DNA from: the human T2T-CHM13v2.0 reference genome, Homo sapiens
Reading direction: 5' to 3' (one strand)
Length of the DNA: 64,000 nucleotides
Assembly: GCF_009914755.1 (NCBI RefSeq)
Contig: NC_060926.1
Under the pieces are notes generated by a model. It made no database searches and had not been told where the DNA came from. It saw only the letters and a list, made by a program, of their open reading frames with translations. Each line of letters opens with the position of its first letter. Positions within the stretch are counted from its first letter, which is position 1. This document shows, in pieces, positions 63,680 through 64,000 of this stretch. Position numbers and translations under genes: made by a program.

Positions 63680-64000
63680 TAGCTTTTACAGCTGTTGATT
63701 AATTTCAATAAATTTTACTGTCAATTTATGAATTTTAAGTTGAGTCTCTTTAATCACACATGGTTTGCCTAGCTGTTAGCCCTTAGAAATGAAAAGCATA
63801 TTTGTTTCCCTGGCTTATGTACTGAATTGTGAGTCTAAAATTAAGGTACTGTACACCTAGTCTGTGATTCTTCAGTTGTTACAGTACATAATAGCTGATT
63901 AAATTAAATAACAATTAGGAATTCATTAAATTAAATAACTATATAGGAATCTTAGATATCACTTTCACAGCCCACTCATTTCCACATGGTGGTTGCTGTT

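Overview
Primate (very probably human) intron-dominated genomic DNA from the middle of AGPS (peroxisomal alkylglycerone-phosphate synthase, ether-lipid biosynthesis), on the + strand. Ten coding exons with GT-AG boundaries splice into one open frame of 927 nt (309 aa), from [23 protein letters not shown] to [19 protein letters not shown]. By recalled numbering these are exons 9-18, about aa 291-599. Introns hold about 21 Alus, L1PA/L1M fragments, solo LTRs (MER52A, MER83, MER41, MLT1A), Tigger-family MITEs, MIR and L2. Subfamily names are recalled from consensus sequences, not from a search. Most ORF-track entries are TE-derived or spurious. There is no prokaryotic system, CRISPR array or RNA gene. 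The main unexplained features are: (1) a 110-bp, ~92% identical inverted repeat in intron 11 that I cannot assign to a TE and that interleaves with an inverted Alu pair; (2) a candidate poison exon in intron 17 next to a UG repeat; (3) a poly(A)-only retro-insertion with a 16-bp TSD; (4) a three-layer nested L1MB>AluSp>L1PA insertion.
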